A DNA stretch of 63,534 nt, counting the filler, from Nemertoderma westbladi (lineage: Eukaryota; Animalia; Xenacoelomorpha), in the NCBI GenBank assembly GCA_032718475.1. It is 5 parts of 5 records of this genome, joined end to end, with 100 filler letters (N's around TTAATTAATTAA, not from the genome) between each part and the next. Parts side by side here need not be neighbours in the genome. Positions count along the whole stretch, not along the records: positions 17,769 to 42,688 come from JAUCBJ010005192.1; 4 more parts are not named here. The stretch is one strand, 5' to 3'. A program made the translations under genes and the position numbers. Of the stretch, positions 23,835 to 36,562 are shown piece after piece (position 1 is the stretch's first letter; each line of letters begins with the position of its first letter). Under the pieces are notes generated by a model. That model was not told the origin of the DNA. It saw only the letters and a list, made by a program, of their open reading frames with translations, and did no database searches.

Positions 23835-26800
23835 GGTTGCCTCCAGTAGAGCGGAGCCTTCGGATTGCCTCCGGTAGAGAGGAGCCTTCGGATTGCCTCC
23901 GATAGAGATAGCCTTCGGGTTGCCTCCGGTAGAGAGGATCCTTTAGGTTGCCTCCAGTAGAGAGGAGCCTTCATGTTGCCCCCAGTAGAGCGGAGCCTTC
24001 GGAGTGCCTCTGGTAGAGAGGATCCTTTAGGTTGCCACCGGTAGAGAGGAGTCTTCGGATTGCCTCCTTTAGAGAGGAGCCTTCGGGTTGCCTAGAGTAG
24101 AGTGGAGCCTTCGGATTGCCTCCGCTAGAGATATCCCTCGGGTTGCCTCCGGTAGAGAGGAGCCTTGGAGTTTCCTCTGGTGAAGAGGAGCCTTCGGGTT
24201 GCCTCCGGTGGAGAGGAGTCTTCGGATTGCCTCCATTAGAGAGGATCCTTCGGGTTGCCTCCAGTAGAGTGGAGCCTTCGGAATGCCACCGGCACCGATA
24301 GAGATAGCGTTCGGGTTGCCTCCGGTAGAGAGGAGCCTTCGAGTTGCATCTGGTAGAGAGGAGTCTTCGGGTTGCCTCCGTTAGAGATGAGCCTTCGGGT
24401 TGCCTACGGTAGAGAGGAGCCTTCGGGTTGCCTCCGGTAGAGAGGAGCCTTCGGGTTGCCTCCGGTAGAGGGGAGCCTTCGGGTTGCCTTTGGTGGAGAG
24501 GAGTCTTCGTGTTGCCTCCGTTAGAGAGGAGCCTTCGGGTTGCCTACAGTATAGAGGAACCTTCAGGTTGCCTCCGATATAGAGGAGCCGTCGGATTGCC
24601 TCCGGTAGAGAGGAGCCGTCTGGTTTCCTCTGGTAGAGAAGAGCCTTCGGGTTGCCTCTGGTGGATAGGAGCCTTCGGGTTGCCTCCGGTAGAGAGGAGC
24701 CTTCGGGTTGCCTCCGGTAGAGGGGAGCCTTCGGGTTGCCTTTGGTGGAGAGGAGCCTACGGGTTGCCTCCGGTAGAGAGGAGTCTTTGGATTGCCTCCG
24801 GTAGAGAGGAGCCTTCGGAATGCCTCCGATAGAGATAGCATTCGGGTTGCCTCTGGTAGAGAGGAGCCTTCGGGTTGCCTCGGGTAGAGAGGAGCCTTCG
24901 GGTTGCCTCTGGTAGAGAGGAGCCTTTAGGTTGCCTCCAGTAAAGAGGAGCCTTCGGGTTGCCTCCGGTAGAGAGGAGTGTTCGGGTTGCCTCCGTTAGA
25001 GAGGAGCCTTCGGGTTGCCTACGGTAGAGAGGAGCCTTTGGGTTGCCTCTGGTAGAGAGGAGCCTACATGTTGCCTCCAGTAGAGAGGAGCCTTCGGGTT
25101 GCCTCCGGTAGAGAGGAGTCTTCGGGTTGCCTCCGTTAGAGAGAAGCCTTTGGGTTGCCTACGGTAGAGAGGATCCTTCGGGTTGCCTCTGGTGGAGCAG
25201 AGCTTTCGGATTGCCGTCGGTAGTGCAGAGCCTTCGGATTGCCTTCGGTAGTGCAGAGCCTTCGGATTGCCTCCGGTAGAGAGAAGCCTTCTGGTTGCCT
25301 CCGGTAGAGAGGAGTCTTCGGATTGCCTCTGATAGAGATAGCCTTCGTGTTGCCTCCGGTAGAGAGGAGCCTTTAGGTTGCCTTCAGTAGAGAGAAGCCT
25401 TCATGTTGCCTCCAGTAGAGTGGAGCCTTCGGATTGACTTCGGTAGTGCAGAGCCTTCGGGTTGCCTCCGGTAGAGGGGAGCCTTCGGGTTGCCTTTCTT
25501 GGAGAGGAGTCTTCGTGTTGCCTCCGTTAGAGAGGAGCCTTCGGGTTGCCTACGGTAGAGAGGAACCTTCAGGTTGCCTCCGATATAGAGGAGCCTTCGG
25601 ATTGCCTCCGGTAGAGAGGAGCCGTCTGGTTTCCTCTGGTAGAGAAGAGCCTTCGGGTTGCCTCTGGTGGAGAGGAGCCTACGAGTTGCCTCCGGTAGAG
25701 AGGAGTCTTCGGATTGCCTCCGGTAGAGAGGAGCCTTCGGAAGGCCTCCGATAGAGATAGCCTTCGGGTTGCCTCGGGTAGAAAGGAGCCTTCGGGTTGC
25801 CTCGGGTAGAGAGGAGCCTTCGGGTTGCTTCTGGTAGAGAGGAGCCTTTAGGTTGCCTCCAGTAAAGAGGAGCCTTCGGGTTGCCTCCGGTAGAGAGGAG
25901 TCTTCGGGTTGCCTCCGTTAGAGAGGAGCCTTCGGGTTGCCTACGGTAGAGAGGAGCCTTTGGGTTGCTTCTGGTAGAGAGGAGCCTACGTGTTGCCTCC
26001 AGTAGAGAGGAGCCTTCGGGTTGCCTCCGGTAGAGAGGAGTCTTCGGGTTGCCTCCGTTAGAGAGAAGCCTTTGGGTTGCCTACGGTGGAGAGGATCCTT
26101 CGGGTTGCCTCTGGTGGAGAGAAGCCTTCTGGTTGCCCCCGGTAGAGAGGAGTCTTCGGATTGCCTCTGATAGAGATAGCCTTCGTGTTGCCTCCAGTAG
26201 AGAGAAGCCTTCATGTTGCCTCCAGTAGAGTGGAGCCTTCGGATTGACTTCGGTAGTGCAGAGCCTTCGGATTGCCTCCGGTAGAGAGGATAGGTTGCCC
26301 ACAGTAGAGAGGAGTCTTCGGGTTGCCTCTGGTAGAGAGCAGCCTTCGGATTGCCTCCGATAGAGATAGCCTTCGGGTTGCCTCCAGTAGAGAGGAGCCT
26401 TTGGGCTGCCTCTGGTGGAGAGGAGCCTTCGGGTTGCCTCCGGTAGAGGGGAGCCTTCGGGTTGCCTTTGATGGAGAGGAGTCTTCGTGTTGCCTCCGTT
26501 AGAGAGGAGCCTTCGGGTTGCCTACGGTAGAGAGGAACCTTCAGGTTGCCTCCGATATAGAGGAGCCTTCGTATTGCCTCCGGTAGAGAGGAGCCGTCTG
26601 GTTTCCTCTGGTAGAGAAGAGCCTTCGGGTTGCCTCTGGTGGAGAGGAGCCTACGGGTTGCGTCCGGTAGAGAGGAGTCTTCGGATTGCCTCCGGTAGAG
26701 AGGAGCCTTCGGAATGCCTCCGATAGAGATAGCATTCGGGTTGCCTCTGGTAGAGAGGAGCCTTCGGGTTGCCTCCGGTAGAGGGGAGCCTTCGGGTTGC

Positions 26801-29800
26801 CTTTGGTGGAGAGGAGCCTACAGGTTGCCTCCGGTAGAGAGGAGTCTTCGGATTGCCTCCGGTAGAGAGGAGCCTTCGGAATGCCTCCGATAGAGATAGC
26901 ATTCGGGTTGCCTCTGGTAGAGAGGAGCCTTCGGGTTGCCTCGGGTAGAGAGGAGCCTTCGGGTTGCCTCTGGTAGAGAGGAGCCTTTAGGTTGCCTCCA
27001 GTAAAGAGGAGCCTTCGGGTTGCCTCCGGTAGAGAGGAGTCCTCGGGTTGCCTCCGTTAGAGAGGAGCCTTCGGGTTGCCTACGGTAGAGAGGAGCCTTT
27101 GGGTTGCCTCTGGTAGAGAGGAGCCTACGTGTTGCCTCCAGTAGAGAGGAGCCTTCGGGTTGCCTCCGGTATAGAGGAGTCTTCGGGTTGCCTCCGTTAG
27201 AGAGAAGCCTTTGGGTTGCCTACGGTAGAGAGGATCCTTCGGGTTGCCTCTGGTGGAGCAGAGCTTTCGGATTGCCTTCGGTAGTGCAGAGCCTTCGGAT
27301 TGCCTCCGGTACAGAGGAGCCTTTAGGTTGCCCCCAGTAGAAAGAAGCCTTCTGGTTGCCTCCGGTAGAGAGGAGCCTTCGGATTGCCTCTGATAGAGAA
27401 AGCCTTTGTGTTGCCTCCGGTAGAGAGGAGCCTTTAGGTTGCCTCCAGTAGAGAGAAGCCTTCATGTTGCCTCCAGTAGAATGGAGCCTTCGGATTGACT
27501 TCGGTAGTGCAGAGCCTTCGGATTGCCTCTGGTAGAGAGGATAGGTTGCCCACAGTAGAGAGGAGTCTTCGGGTTGCCTCTGGTAGAGAGCAGCCTTCGG
27601 ATTGCCTCCGATAGAGATAGCCTTCGGGTTGCCTCCGGTAGAGAGGAGCCTTTGGGCTGCCTCTGATGGAGAGGAGCCTTCGGGCTGCCTCTGGTGGAGA
27701 GGAGCCTTCGGGTTTCCTCCAGTAGAGCGGAGCCTTCGGAATTCCTCCGATAGAGATAGTCTTCGGGTTGCCTCCGGTAGAGAGGAGCCTTCGAGTTGCC
27801 TCTGGTGGAGAGGAGCCTTCGGGTTGCATCCAGTAAAGCGGGGCCTTCGGATTGCCTCCGATAGAGATATCCTTCGGGTTGCCTACGGTAGAGAGGGGCC
27901 TTTGGGTTGCCTCTGGTGGAGAGGAGCCTACGTGTTGCCTCCGGTAGAGAGGAGTCTTCGGGTTGCCTCCGTTAGAGAGGAGCCTTCGGGTTGCCTACGG
28001 TAGAGAAGGGCCTTTGGGTTGCCTCTGGTGGAGAGGAGCCTAAGTGTTGCCTCCGGTAGAGAGGAGTCTTCGGGTTGCCTCCGTTAGAGAGGAGCCTTCG
28101 GGTTGCCTACGGTAGAGAGGAGCCTTCGGGTTGCCTACGGTAGAGAGGAGCCTTCGGGTTGCCTCTGGTGGAGAGGAGCCTTCGGGTTGCCTCTGGTAGA
28201 GAGGAGCCTTTAGGTTGCCTCCAGTAGAGAGGAGCCTTCATGTTGCCTCCAGTAGAGCAGAGCCTTCGGATTGCCTTCGGTAGTGCAGAGCCTTCGGATT
28301 GCCTCCGGTAGAGAGGAGCCTTTAGGTTGCCTCCAGTAGAGAGGAGCCTTCATGTTGCCTCCAGTAGAGCAGAGCCTTCGGATTGCCTTCGGTAGTGCAG
28401 AGCCTTCGGATTGCCTCCGGTAGAGAGGAGCCTTTAGGGTGCCTCCAGTAGAGAGGAGCCTTCTGGTTGCCTCCGTTAGAGAAGAGCCTTTGGGTTGCCT
28501 ACGGTAGAGAGGAGCCTTCAGGTTGCCTCTGGTGGAGGGGAGCCTACGTGTTGTCTCCGGTAGAGAGGAGTCTTCGGGTTGCCTCAGTTAGAGAGGAGCC
28601 TTCGGGTTGCTTACGGTAGAGAGGGGCCTTCGGTTACCTCTGGTGGAGAGGAGCCTTCTGGTTGCCTCTGGTAGAGAGGAGCCTTTACGTTGCCTCCAGT
28701 AGAGAGGAGCCTTCAGATGGGCTTCAGTAGTGCAGAGCCTTCGGATTGCCTCCGGTAGAGAGGATAGGTTGCCTCCAGTAGAGAGGAGCCTTCGGGTTGC
28801 ATCCAGTAAAGCGGGGCCTTCGGATTGCCTCCGATAGAGATATCCTTCGGGTTGCCTACGGTAGAGAGGGGCCTTTGGGTTGCCTCTGGTGGAGAGGAGC
28901 CTACGTGTTGCCTCCGGTAGAGAGGAGTCTTCGGGTTGCCTCCGTTAGAGAGGAGCCTTCGGGTTGACTACGGTAGAGAAGGGCCTTTGGGTTGCCTCTG
29001 GTGGAGAGGAGCCTAAGTGTTGCCTCCGGTAGAGAGGAGTCTTCGGGTTGCCTCCGTTAGAGAGGAGCCTTCGGGTTGCCTACGGTAGAGAGGAGCCTTC
29101 GGGTTGCCTACGGTAGAGAGGAGCCTTCGGGTTGCCTCTGGTGGAGAGGAGCCTTCGGGTTGCCTCTGGTAGAGAGGAGCCTTTAGGTTGCCTCCAGTAG
29201 AGAGGAGCCTTCATGTTGCCTCCAGTAGAGCAGAGCCTTCGGATTGCCTTCGGTAGTGCAGAGCCTTCGGATTGCCTCCGGTAGAGAGGAGCCTTTAGGT
29301 TGCCTCCAGTAGAGAGGAGCCTTCATGTTGCCTCCAGTAGAGCAGAGCCTTCGGATTGCCTTCGGTAGTGCAGAGCCTTCGGATTGCCTCTGGTAGAGAG
29401 GAGCCTTTAGGGTGCCTCCAGTAGAGAGGAGCCTTCTGGTTGCCTCCGTTAGAGAAGAGCCTTTGGGTTGCCTACGGTAGAGAGGAGCCTTCAGGTTGCC
29501 TCTGGTGGAGGGGAGCCTACGTGTTGTCTCCGGTAGAGAGGAGTCTTCGGGTTGCCTCAGTTAGAGAGGAGCCTTCGGGTTGCTTACGGTAGAGAGGGGC
29601 CTTCGGTTACCTCTGGTGGAGAGGAGCCTTCTGGTTGCCTCTGGTAGAGAGGAGCCTTTACGTTGCCTCCAGTAGAGAGGAGCCTTCAGATGGGCTTCAG
29701 TAGTGCAGAGCCTTCGGATTGCCTCCGGTAGAGAGGATAGGTTGCCTCCAGTAGAGAGGAGCCTTCGGGTTGCCTCCGGTAGAGAGCAGCCTTCGGATTG

Positions 29801-30568
29801 CCTCCGATAGAGAGAGCCTTCGGGTTGCCTCCGGTAGAGAGGAGCCTTTTGGCTGCCTCTGGTGGAGAGGAGCCTTCGGGCTGCCTCTGGTGGAGGGGAG
29901 CCTACGTGTTGCCTCCGGTAGAGAGGAGTCTTCGGGTTGCCTTCGTTAGAGAGGAGCCTTCGGGTTGCCTCTGGTGGAGGGGAGCCTACGTGTTGCCTCC
30001 GGTAGAGAGGAGTCTTCGGGTTGCCTTCGTTAGAGAGGAGTCTTCGGGTTGCCTTCGTTAGAGAGGAGCCTTCGGGCTGCCTCTGGTGGAGGGGACCCTA
30101 CGTTTTGCATCTGGTGGAGAGGAGCCTTCGGGTTGCCTCTGGTAGAGAGGAGCCTTTAGGTTGCCTCCAGTAGAGAGGAGCCTTCATGTTGCCTCCAGTA
30201 GAGCAGAGCCTTCGGATTGCCTTCGGTGGTGCAGAGCCTTCGGATTGCCTCCGGTAGAGAGGAGCCTTTAGGTTGCCTCCAGTAGAGAGGAGCCTTCTGG
30301 TTGCATCCAGTAGAGAGGAGCCTTCGGATTGCCTCTGATAGAGATAGCCTTCGGGTTGCCTCTGGTAGAGAGGAGCCTTTAGGTTGCCTCCAGTAGAGAG
30401 GAGCCTTCATGTTGCCTCCAGTAGAGTGGATCCTTCGGATTGCCTCCGGTAGAGAGGATAGGTTGCCTCCAGTAGAGAGGAGCCTTCGGGTGAGCCTCCG
30501 GTAGAGAGGGCCTTCAGGTTGCCTCCTGTAGAGAGGATCCCGCGGGTTGCGTCCGGTAGAGAGAAGCT
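23835..30568. repeat. 6.7-kb satellite, 28-bp unit (~240 copies) with ~1-kb higher-order repeats
   Basis: Consensus GTAGAGAGGAGCCTTCGGGTTGCCTCCG. Diagnostic variants recur at 24556/25562/26534 and exactly 973 bp apart (27828/28801; 28716/29689). Confidence 0.98.
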
Positions 30569-30599
30569 TGTTTGAGATTTGGTCTATTTTGCACAATGC

Positions 30600-31335
30600 T
30601 GCACGTGCGTTGGATTAATCAATAGACCGATCCTTCCATTACCACTGCCATTAGGCGAGGGCGAGTTGCCAACCCTCTCCCAAATCCGTAATCAGAACTT
30701 CCTCTTTCTGTCCGTCAGCATTCTGCTCTCTTGAATTCCCATTGCATTAAGTCAAAAGCTGCCGTCTTGCATTGGGGACCCCGAGCCCACGAGTGTTAAA
30801 TGAGGTTAGCCTAGTGACTTACGTCAGGTCCACCAATAGCTTGGTTGGATGGAACATGAGAGTAGCCTCCAACTCCAATATCTCTCTCCCCTTCTCAATC
30901 TGGCCTCCCAGGTGACCCAAGGTTTTGGCCAGAGGGGTCTTAAGGAAAAGGACTCAAATCGTTTTTGGCCACTCTCTCCAAAAACAGGCAGTGGTCTGGA
31001 GATAACTGACGCATGTGCTGTGAGACAAAGTGTGCCCGGTTATTCCACTGGCCGCTAGTAGCTGGACCTCAGCATTACTGCTATGTATTCCATAGTGGGT
31101 GTTGGTGGTGCTTTTTGCCGAATCAGCTCTCCTGAGCAGCCATTGGTAGATTACCATCTACCTGTCTGGGGAATATACCCATGCTGCCTAGTATTTTGGA
31201 TCATCATCCAATGATCAAGGGGTCCCTTACCAGACCAGGTGATGATTGATGCCTTCGTAAGAGGGTATCCGCGCAGCATCACTTCCTTTATGCTGCATTG
31301 AGGTAGCAGGTTTCTATTCCTGACTTGACTACATT
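30600..31335 (-). mobile_element. Non-coding retroelement 5' module related to 48725-48970 (probably RTE 5' UTR)
   Basis: Minus strand AAACCTGCTACCTCAATGCAGCATAAAGGAAGTG...ACCCTCTTAC...AGATGGTAATCTACCAATGGCTGCTCAGGAG aligns with the + strand at 48758-48968. The left boundary is approximate. Confidence 0.55.
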
Positions 31336-31759
31336 CGATATAAAACAGTTTTAGTTAATCAAATTTAAATCTAAACTATTTTGCTAAAACAACAACGGCA
31401 GCATTGAAAATGGATATTGTTCTAAACATTATATACATGTAAATTCATATCGTTGTTATGGCATCCGCATCATATTTGCAGATAACATAGGCAAACATTA
31501 GAAAAAGTAAAATAATACAACAAACGGCTTAACCTTCCTTTTGTGGTAGATGGCGTCATAATATTATGTCGGGCAGTTTGCATCTAAGCCATCTTTAATT
31601 GCATCCGTTGACATGGTAACTTTGACAAGGACAGTTGTCTGAAATGTCATAGAGATATCACTTTTTAACTTAACTAAAACGTCGCTGGTAGCAACACCAA
31701 TATAACTTTTCATGGTGAAATTTCCGCATCCTTGAATTGAGTGAAAATTGAATTTAGTG

Positions 31760-31980
31760 ACAAACATCGTGTGGGTGCTGGGGAGTTTAGAAATGACCAT
31801 ACCAATTTTTTTTTCATAAATGGCACTTTTGTGGCCAAAAAGTCCTTTTTGAACTAAGGGCTCTTTTCCTAAACATACAATCACCAAAGATCGAGCAATG
31901 GAAAATACCCAAGACGTGTTCTAGAAGCTTATTGCTACTACGTTAGTGATTACTTTGCCACGTTCCGATCCATTTTGCCG
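31760..31980 (-). pseudogene. Possible decayed pogo/Tigger DDE transposase fragment
   Basis: ERGKVITNVVAIS and GHKS..AIYEKKIGMVISKLPSTHT resemble the DDE_1 motifs ERG..vTvv and DGH.SH...G..l..LP.HT. Contains stops and deletions. Confidence 0.3.
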
Positions 31981-32514
31981 CGACAAAGAACCACTTTACA
32001 GCGTTAAGTAAGATAATATCACCAGAGCGCTGATAAGTTCACATAATATAACAAAAAAATACTAAATTTGTAATTCAAGTAAAAAAAACCTACGTAAAAT
32101 ATTATATACGTTAAATAATGCATTAACAAGAACATTATAATGAGCGCGGTGTACGATTATTCCACGTCCGTCCATTCCACTTGGCCAATGAGAGCTATGA
32201 TTAATATTTAATGAACAATCTTATGACAGGTCCATTGGCCAACTTGTCTTGCTAGAATGGACTTTTTGACATTATATTTATTAGTACCGGTATGTCAATC
32301 ATATTATTTTTTCCGTACGGTGCGCTACCAATATTGGAGCCAAGACATAATTATGATTTTATAGAAAAAGGCTGTTGTCATAATAATGATATTTACATGG
32401 TGTCAATCACAATCATAATCAATTATCATATAAAAAATAAATATTAATAAATTAACTTACAGTATCATAAATTGCAGTGGTGGTCAAATATAACTGTTTA
32501 TGTTTGAAATGCAA

Positions 32515-32830
32515 ACATTCGGCTACGCCGGATTCGACCCGAAGGCTCCTCTTTCGATAGCTGCTACCCGAGGGTAGGGGTGTCGCCTTTCCCATATTTT
32601 GCTCCCAGTAATTAAACTGGCCCTCATTTTATCGACCCCAGGTACGAACGGTTGAGTAGACACTGACAGGGCTCGAACCTACAACCAATGAGTGAGTAGA
32701 CACTGACAGGGCTCGAACCTACAACCAATGAGTGAGTAGACACTGACAGGGCTCGAACCTACAACCAATGAGTGAGTAGACACTGACAGGGCTCGAACCT
32801 ACAACCAATGAGTGAGCGGACGGAACTTAA
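32515..32830 (-). mobile_element. tRNA-derived SINE with Meta-domain-like core; B-box segment quadruplicated
   Basis: On the minus strand: GGTTCGAGCC B box in four identical 40-bp units (32654-32813), then CTACTCAACC...GGGGTCGATAAAATGAGGGCCAG (resembling the MetaSINE core ACTCAGCC...GGTCGRTAAAATGAGTACCAG as I recall it), then a hairpin-rich tail shared with 11221-11866. Confidence 0.7.
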
Positions 32831-34505
32831 GTTTGACGTGGTTTTGCGTCGTAATAAATAATACCCATTAAAATATTAACTACCGAATAAATTACACTTT
32901 CAGATTAGGCAGAACAAAACTTAACAACTAACCCTATTTGACACTTGATAGACGAACTTACCTATATCACTCTTACCATTTTTTGGATGTGTGACTAACT
33001 CTTTTGGATATCTGTTAATATACAGTATAGGCCATCATTAATTCACCGACATCAGTTTACGAATTTTATCGCAAACATTATTAAAACCTGTCCCTGTTAA
33101 TCCTAATGGGAATGATACTCTGAGCATTCATTCCATTTTTCATATCATATCGCTAAAGAAGATTGACGTTCTCATATTACTGTAATACATATAATAAAAC
33201 AATGTTCGAGTTTGCGTAATTATTTTAAATTAATCCAACATAATCGAATTGAGTGGATTAAATATGGACCATTTAATTTCTCAAAAACTCTAATAATGAA
33301 AACACAAACTGAGGAAATTGAATTTTAGTGTAGTTAAGGAGTGCTTGGGCCTACCTTAAAATTTTAACTTTAAGGGGGGGGGGGGGGGGGGGGGGGGGGT
33401 ATACCAATTCTGGAAGGGTTTTAAAAAGCGTCATATTCACTAGAAAAACTTAACTTGATGCTAGTAAAACTATGGACTAAAAGGCAATAAAATGGGCTTT
33501 CCATTTCTGTAGTCAAAATCTCAAAATACTCGTTTCTGATTGGCTGATGGCAATAAAAGTCAATTTTTATTGGTTAGTCGTCTAAAACACTAATCCTCAT
33601 TCTATCTTTGGTGGAATTTGCTGAAACTTACTGAGAACATTAATGAGGTATGTTGCCACAAATTAATTTCAAATTTCACAAAAATTTAAATTTTTAGGGC
33701 ACTTTTCGTAATTCAAAATTTAGAAAATTGACTTTTTATCATACATACGACTACATTTTTTATTATAAAATGAGAACAAAGTCGAATTTAGAAATTCTGT
33801 CAGAGTTATATTCTTATTGAGTTTATGAGCAGAACAAAAAAAAAACAGAATCAAAATCCATTGAGAAATGGCGGAGGAGTAGTATTTTAAAAAATTTAGA
33901 AAATCCCAAAATCGAGAAATAATAAAGACCAGTAAAATACATTTAAAGTTTTTAAACCTTCCCGCGCAAAATTGTCTATCCGACTGTGTAATAATTAAAA
34001 TGGTAATTTATGCCTCTTAATAACAATTAAAGAGGCTAACAGATGGAATTTTAGCTTGGGGGTTTTTGAGGTAGGTGATTTCATTTCAACACGTATCTGC
34101 AACACGGATTCTAAATTAGCGAACATTATGAAATGCACAAAATGTCTAATCATTATTAGTCGACAGATTATGTATAGAGAAAAAGTTAATAATTTAAAAT
34201 AAAGACACTGTCATGTATATTATGATAATCCTAATCGCACAGAAAGTTATATACATAACTGTAACAGGTAACTATATAGTAAAGATACTTAGCAACCCTC
34301 CTAAGGTATAACGTCGGAAGGTTGATGACGTCATAGACAACAAACGGTAGGATTTAACAATAATACTAGAAAACCTAGAATATATCCAGATAAACGTATT
34401 AACTATGAATTAGATAGGCTAATCGTAAATAAATTTCAGTTCAACTCACCGCCGATATCCACATGGAGAAAGAATATTAGACTTTGTCTTTAAATGTTTT
34501 AATAA

Positions 34506-34878
34506 AGGTCTGTTTACATGTGGCAACTTTTAGAGCAACTTTCTCGGCAACTAGCAACTTTTTTTGGAGCAACTTAATTTAATCGCTGTTTACACGTGGC
34601 AACTTTACCAGCAACTTTACCAGCAACCTGGCCGGCATCTTTTAGAGCAACTTGGCTAGTTTGACTGTAAAATAGTGGGTCATTTTATCTACTAGCTAGT
34701 TTTTGATAATTTAATTTGTTTATCCCGCTTTAATTCACCAACGCAAATTCCTTTAAGTTGCCGTAAAAGTTGAGCAACTTTTACGGAAACTTTTTTACGT
34801 GTTTACACGGAGCAACTTGATCGGCAACCTGGGTTGCTCTACAAGTTGCCGAGAAAGTTGCCACGTGTAAACAGGCCT
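34506..34878. mobile_element. PIF/Harbinger MITE
   Basis: TIRs AGGTCTGTTTACATGTGGCAACTT / AAGTTGCCACGTGTAAACAGGCCT, TAA on both flanks, internal GCAACTT repeats. Confidence 0.85.
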
Positions 34879-35887
34879 TAAGCGTTATAAAGAGTGTTTT
34901 TTGCAAAATCGCGCCGTTCTGAACAAATGATGTATGAAATTATGTTATTATGTGTCAATGACTGAATTCCGATGACAAACAGCGCAGATAGAGGCGTTCA
35001 TAAGAACTATTGTTCGCCGGAGGCCATTTATTCTATTGAATAAATACACGACATTCTAGAATATGTAATTGATGTCATGAGTACCTGGGCTGGGCTATAT
35101 TGGTCTTCGTATACAACATATACTGCCATGGGTTGCTACACAAGCAAAATGTAGTTATTAAAATATAATAATCGAAACGAAAGATAATTCTTGCAATCCT
35201 TGGACCCATCTCTAACGTTTCTCAAAGATATTCAGAGATTGCTATATATTTGGAATCTTTGCAACGCCATTTTTCAAATTATATAGAAATCACAAGTATG
35301 AAAAATGGCCACGAAGGGTGACAATTTCTAAAAAAATAAAAATTACTATATTTATAAAAATTATTAAAGCTGAATCGAGAATTCTGACTCTATGTGGATA
35401 TCGACGGATTTTAAATTTCAAATAATAAGACAATATTACAGGACATGATGTATTCTGTCCCCTTAGCTACATTAGTTTGTCTGGGGGAAATATTGTACAT
35501 TATAATATGTTGTAGAATAATGAAATATTGTTGTGAAATATTATTCGACAATTATTAACAATATGGTAAGTAATTAGAAGCCGAAGTAATATATCGACCA
35601 GCCATTGAAAATCACAAGTTATGTAAAGGACATAAACACATTGTTTTGGCAGCGTTCTCATATTATAATGTCAAAATACAAAAATAAATCAATAGCAATA
35701 ATATCATCATTCTAGAATACTACATTACCGTTATTGTTCTGATGTATGTTTATTTAGATTCTAACCTTATTTTTTTATTTGGAATTGGAAGTGCGAACGA
35801 GTTCAAGTAGCATTTCGTAATAATACGAACTGTTACTACCCGAAAAATTAGTAAATATAACCCAATAGTTAACCTATAATTATATTA

Positions 35888-35995
35888 GGGGCCGTGCAAA
35901 AATGGTGTCACGGTCGAAAAGGGGGGGGGGGGGGGGTTGCATCGATCGAATGCGAAAATCGTAAAAAATGCGTGACATCATTTGTGCACGGCCTC
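35888..35995. mobile_element. 108-bp PIF/Harbinger MITE
   Basis: TIRs GGGGCCGTGCAAAAATGGTGTCACG / CGTGACATCATTTGTGCACGGCCTC, TTA on both flanks, internal poly-G. Confidence 0.85.
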
Positions 35996-36562
35996 TTATC
36001 TAAACTGAGTATCAGAAAAATAAACATATCAGTATGTTTTTTTAATATATAAAATTTCACAATGTATATAATAATATAGCATAATATTGGATATATTTGT
36101 ATGAAGTGGGGCTCGTTTAGTGAATGTAAACCTCGCTCACATAACAATGTGCTCATTTACACGGATTGTAAATAGTTATTTTCTAAATGACACAGAAAAG
36201 CCTCTGATTTGAAATAATTAGTTTTACTTTTGAAACATAACTAACTGGTTTGCCAATAAGTTTCATATTTACCTACCGGCTACTTAAAGTAAGGACAAAA
36301 AGCATTACTATTGCACGAACATAAACACATTAATACTTGTACAAAACCGCAATGAAAACTCATTACCAGTAAATATATCGATCGAATCTTTATTAATGAA
36401 AAATAAACGAATTCCACTAAAAAGCAGTGGAAACAAATGGAGTAAAATTTTATGTTCAACATAATAAATTAAAGACGGCATTCCGAATTCTTTTAGTTCT
36501 AACAAATTTACGAGAATTCAATTGATTTTTAGTTTATATTCCATGTTATCGACCTAAAGGAG

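Noticed and set aside
23835-30568. CRISPR-like array or repetitive protein gene
   Set aside because: Units are head-to-tail with no unique spacers and no cas genes. The many short ORFs are by-products of the repeat and are broken by stops.
32654-32813. CRISPR array
   Set aside because: Four contiguous identical units without spacers, explained as a duplicated SINE head.
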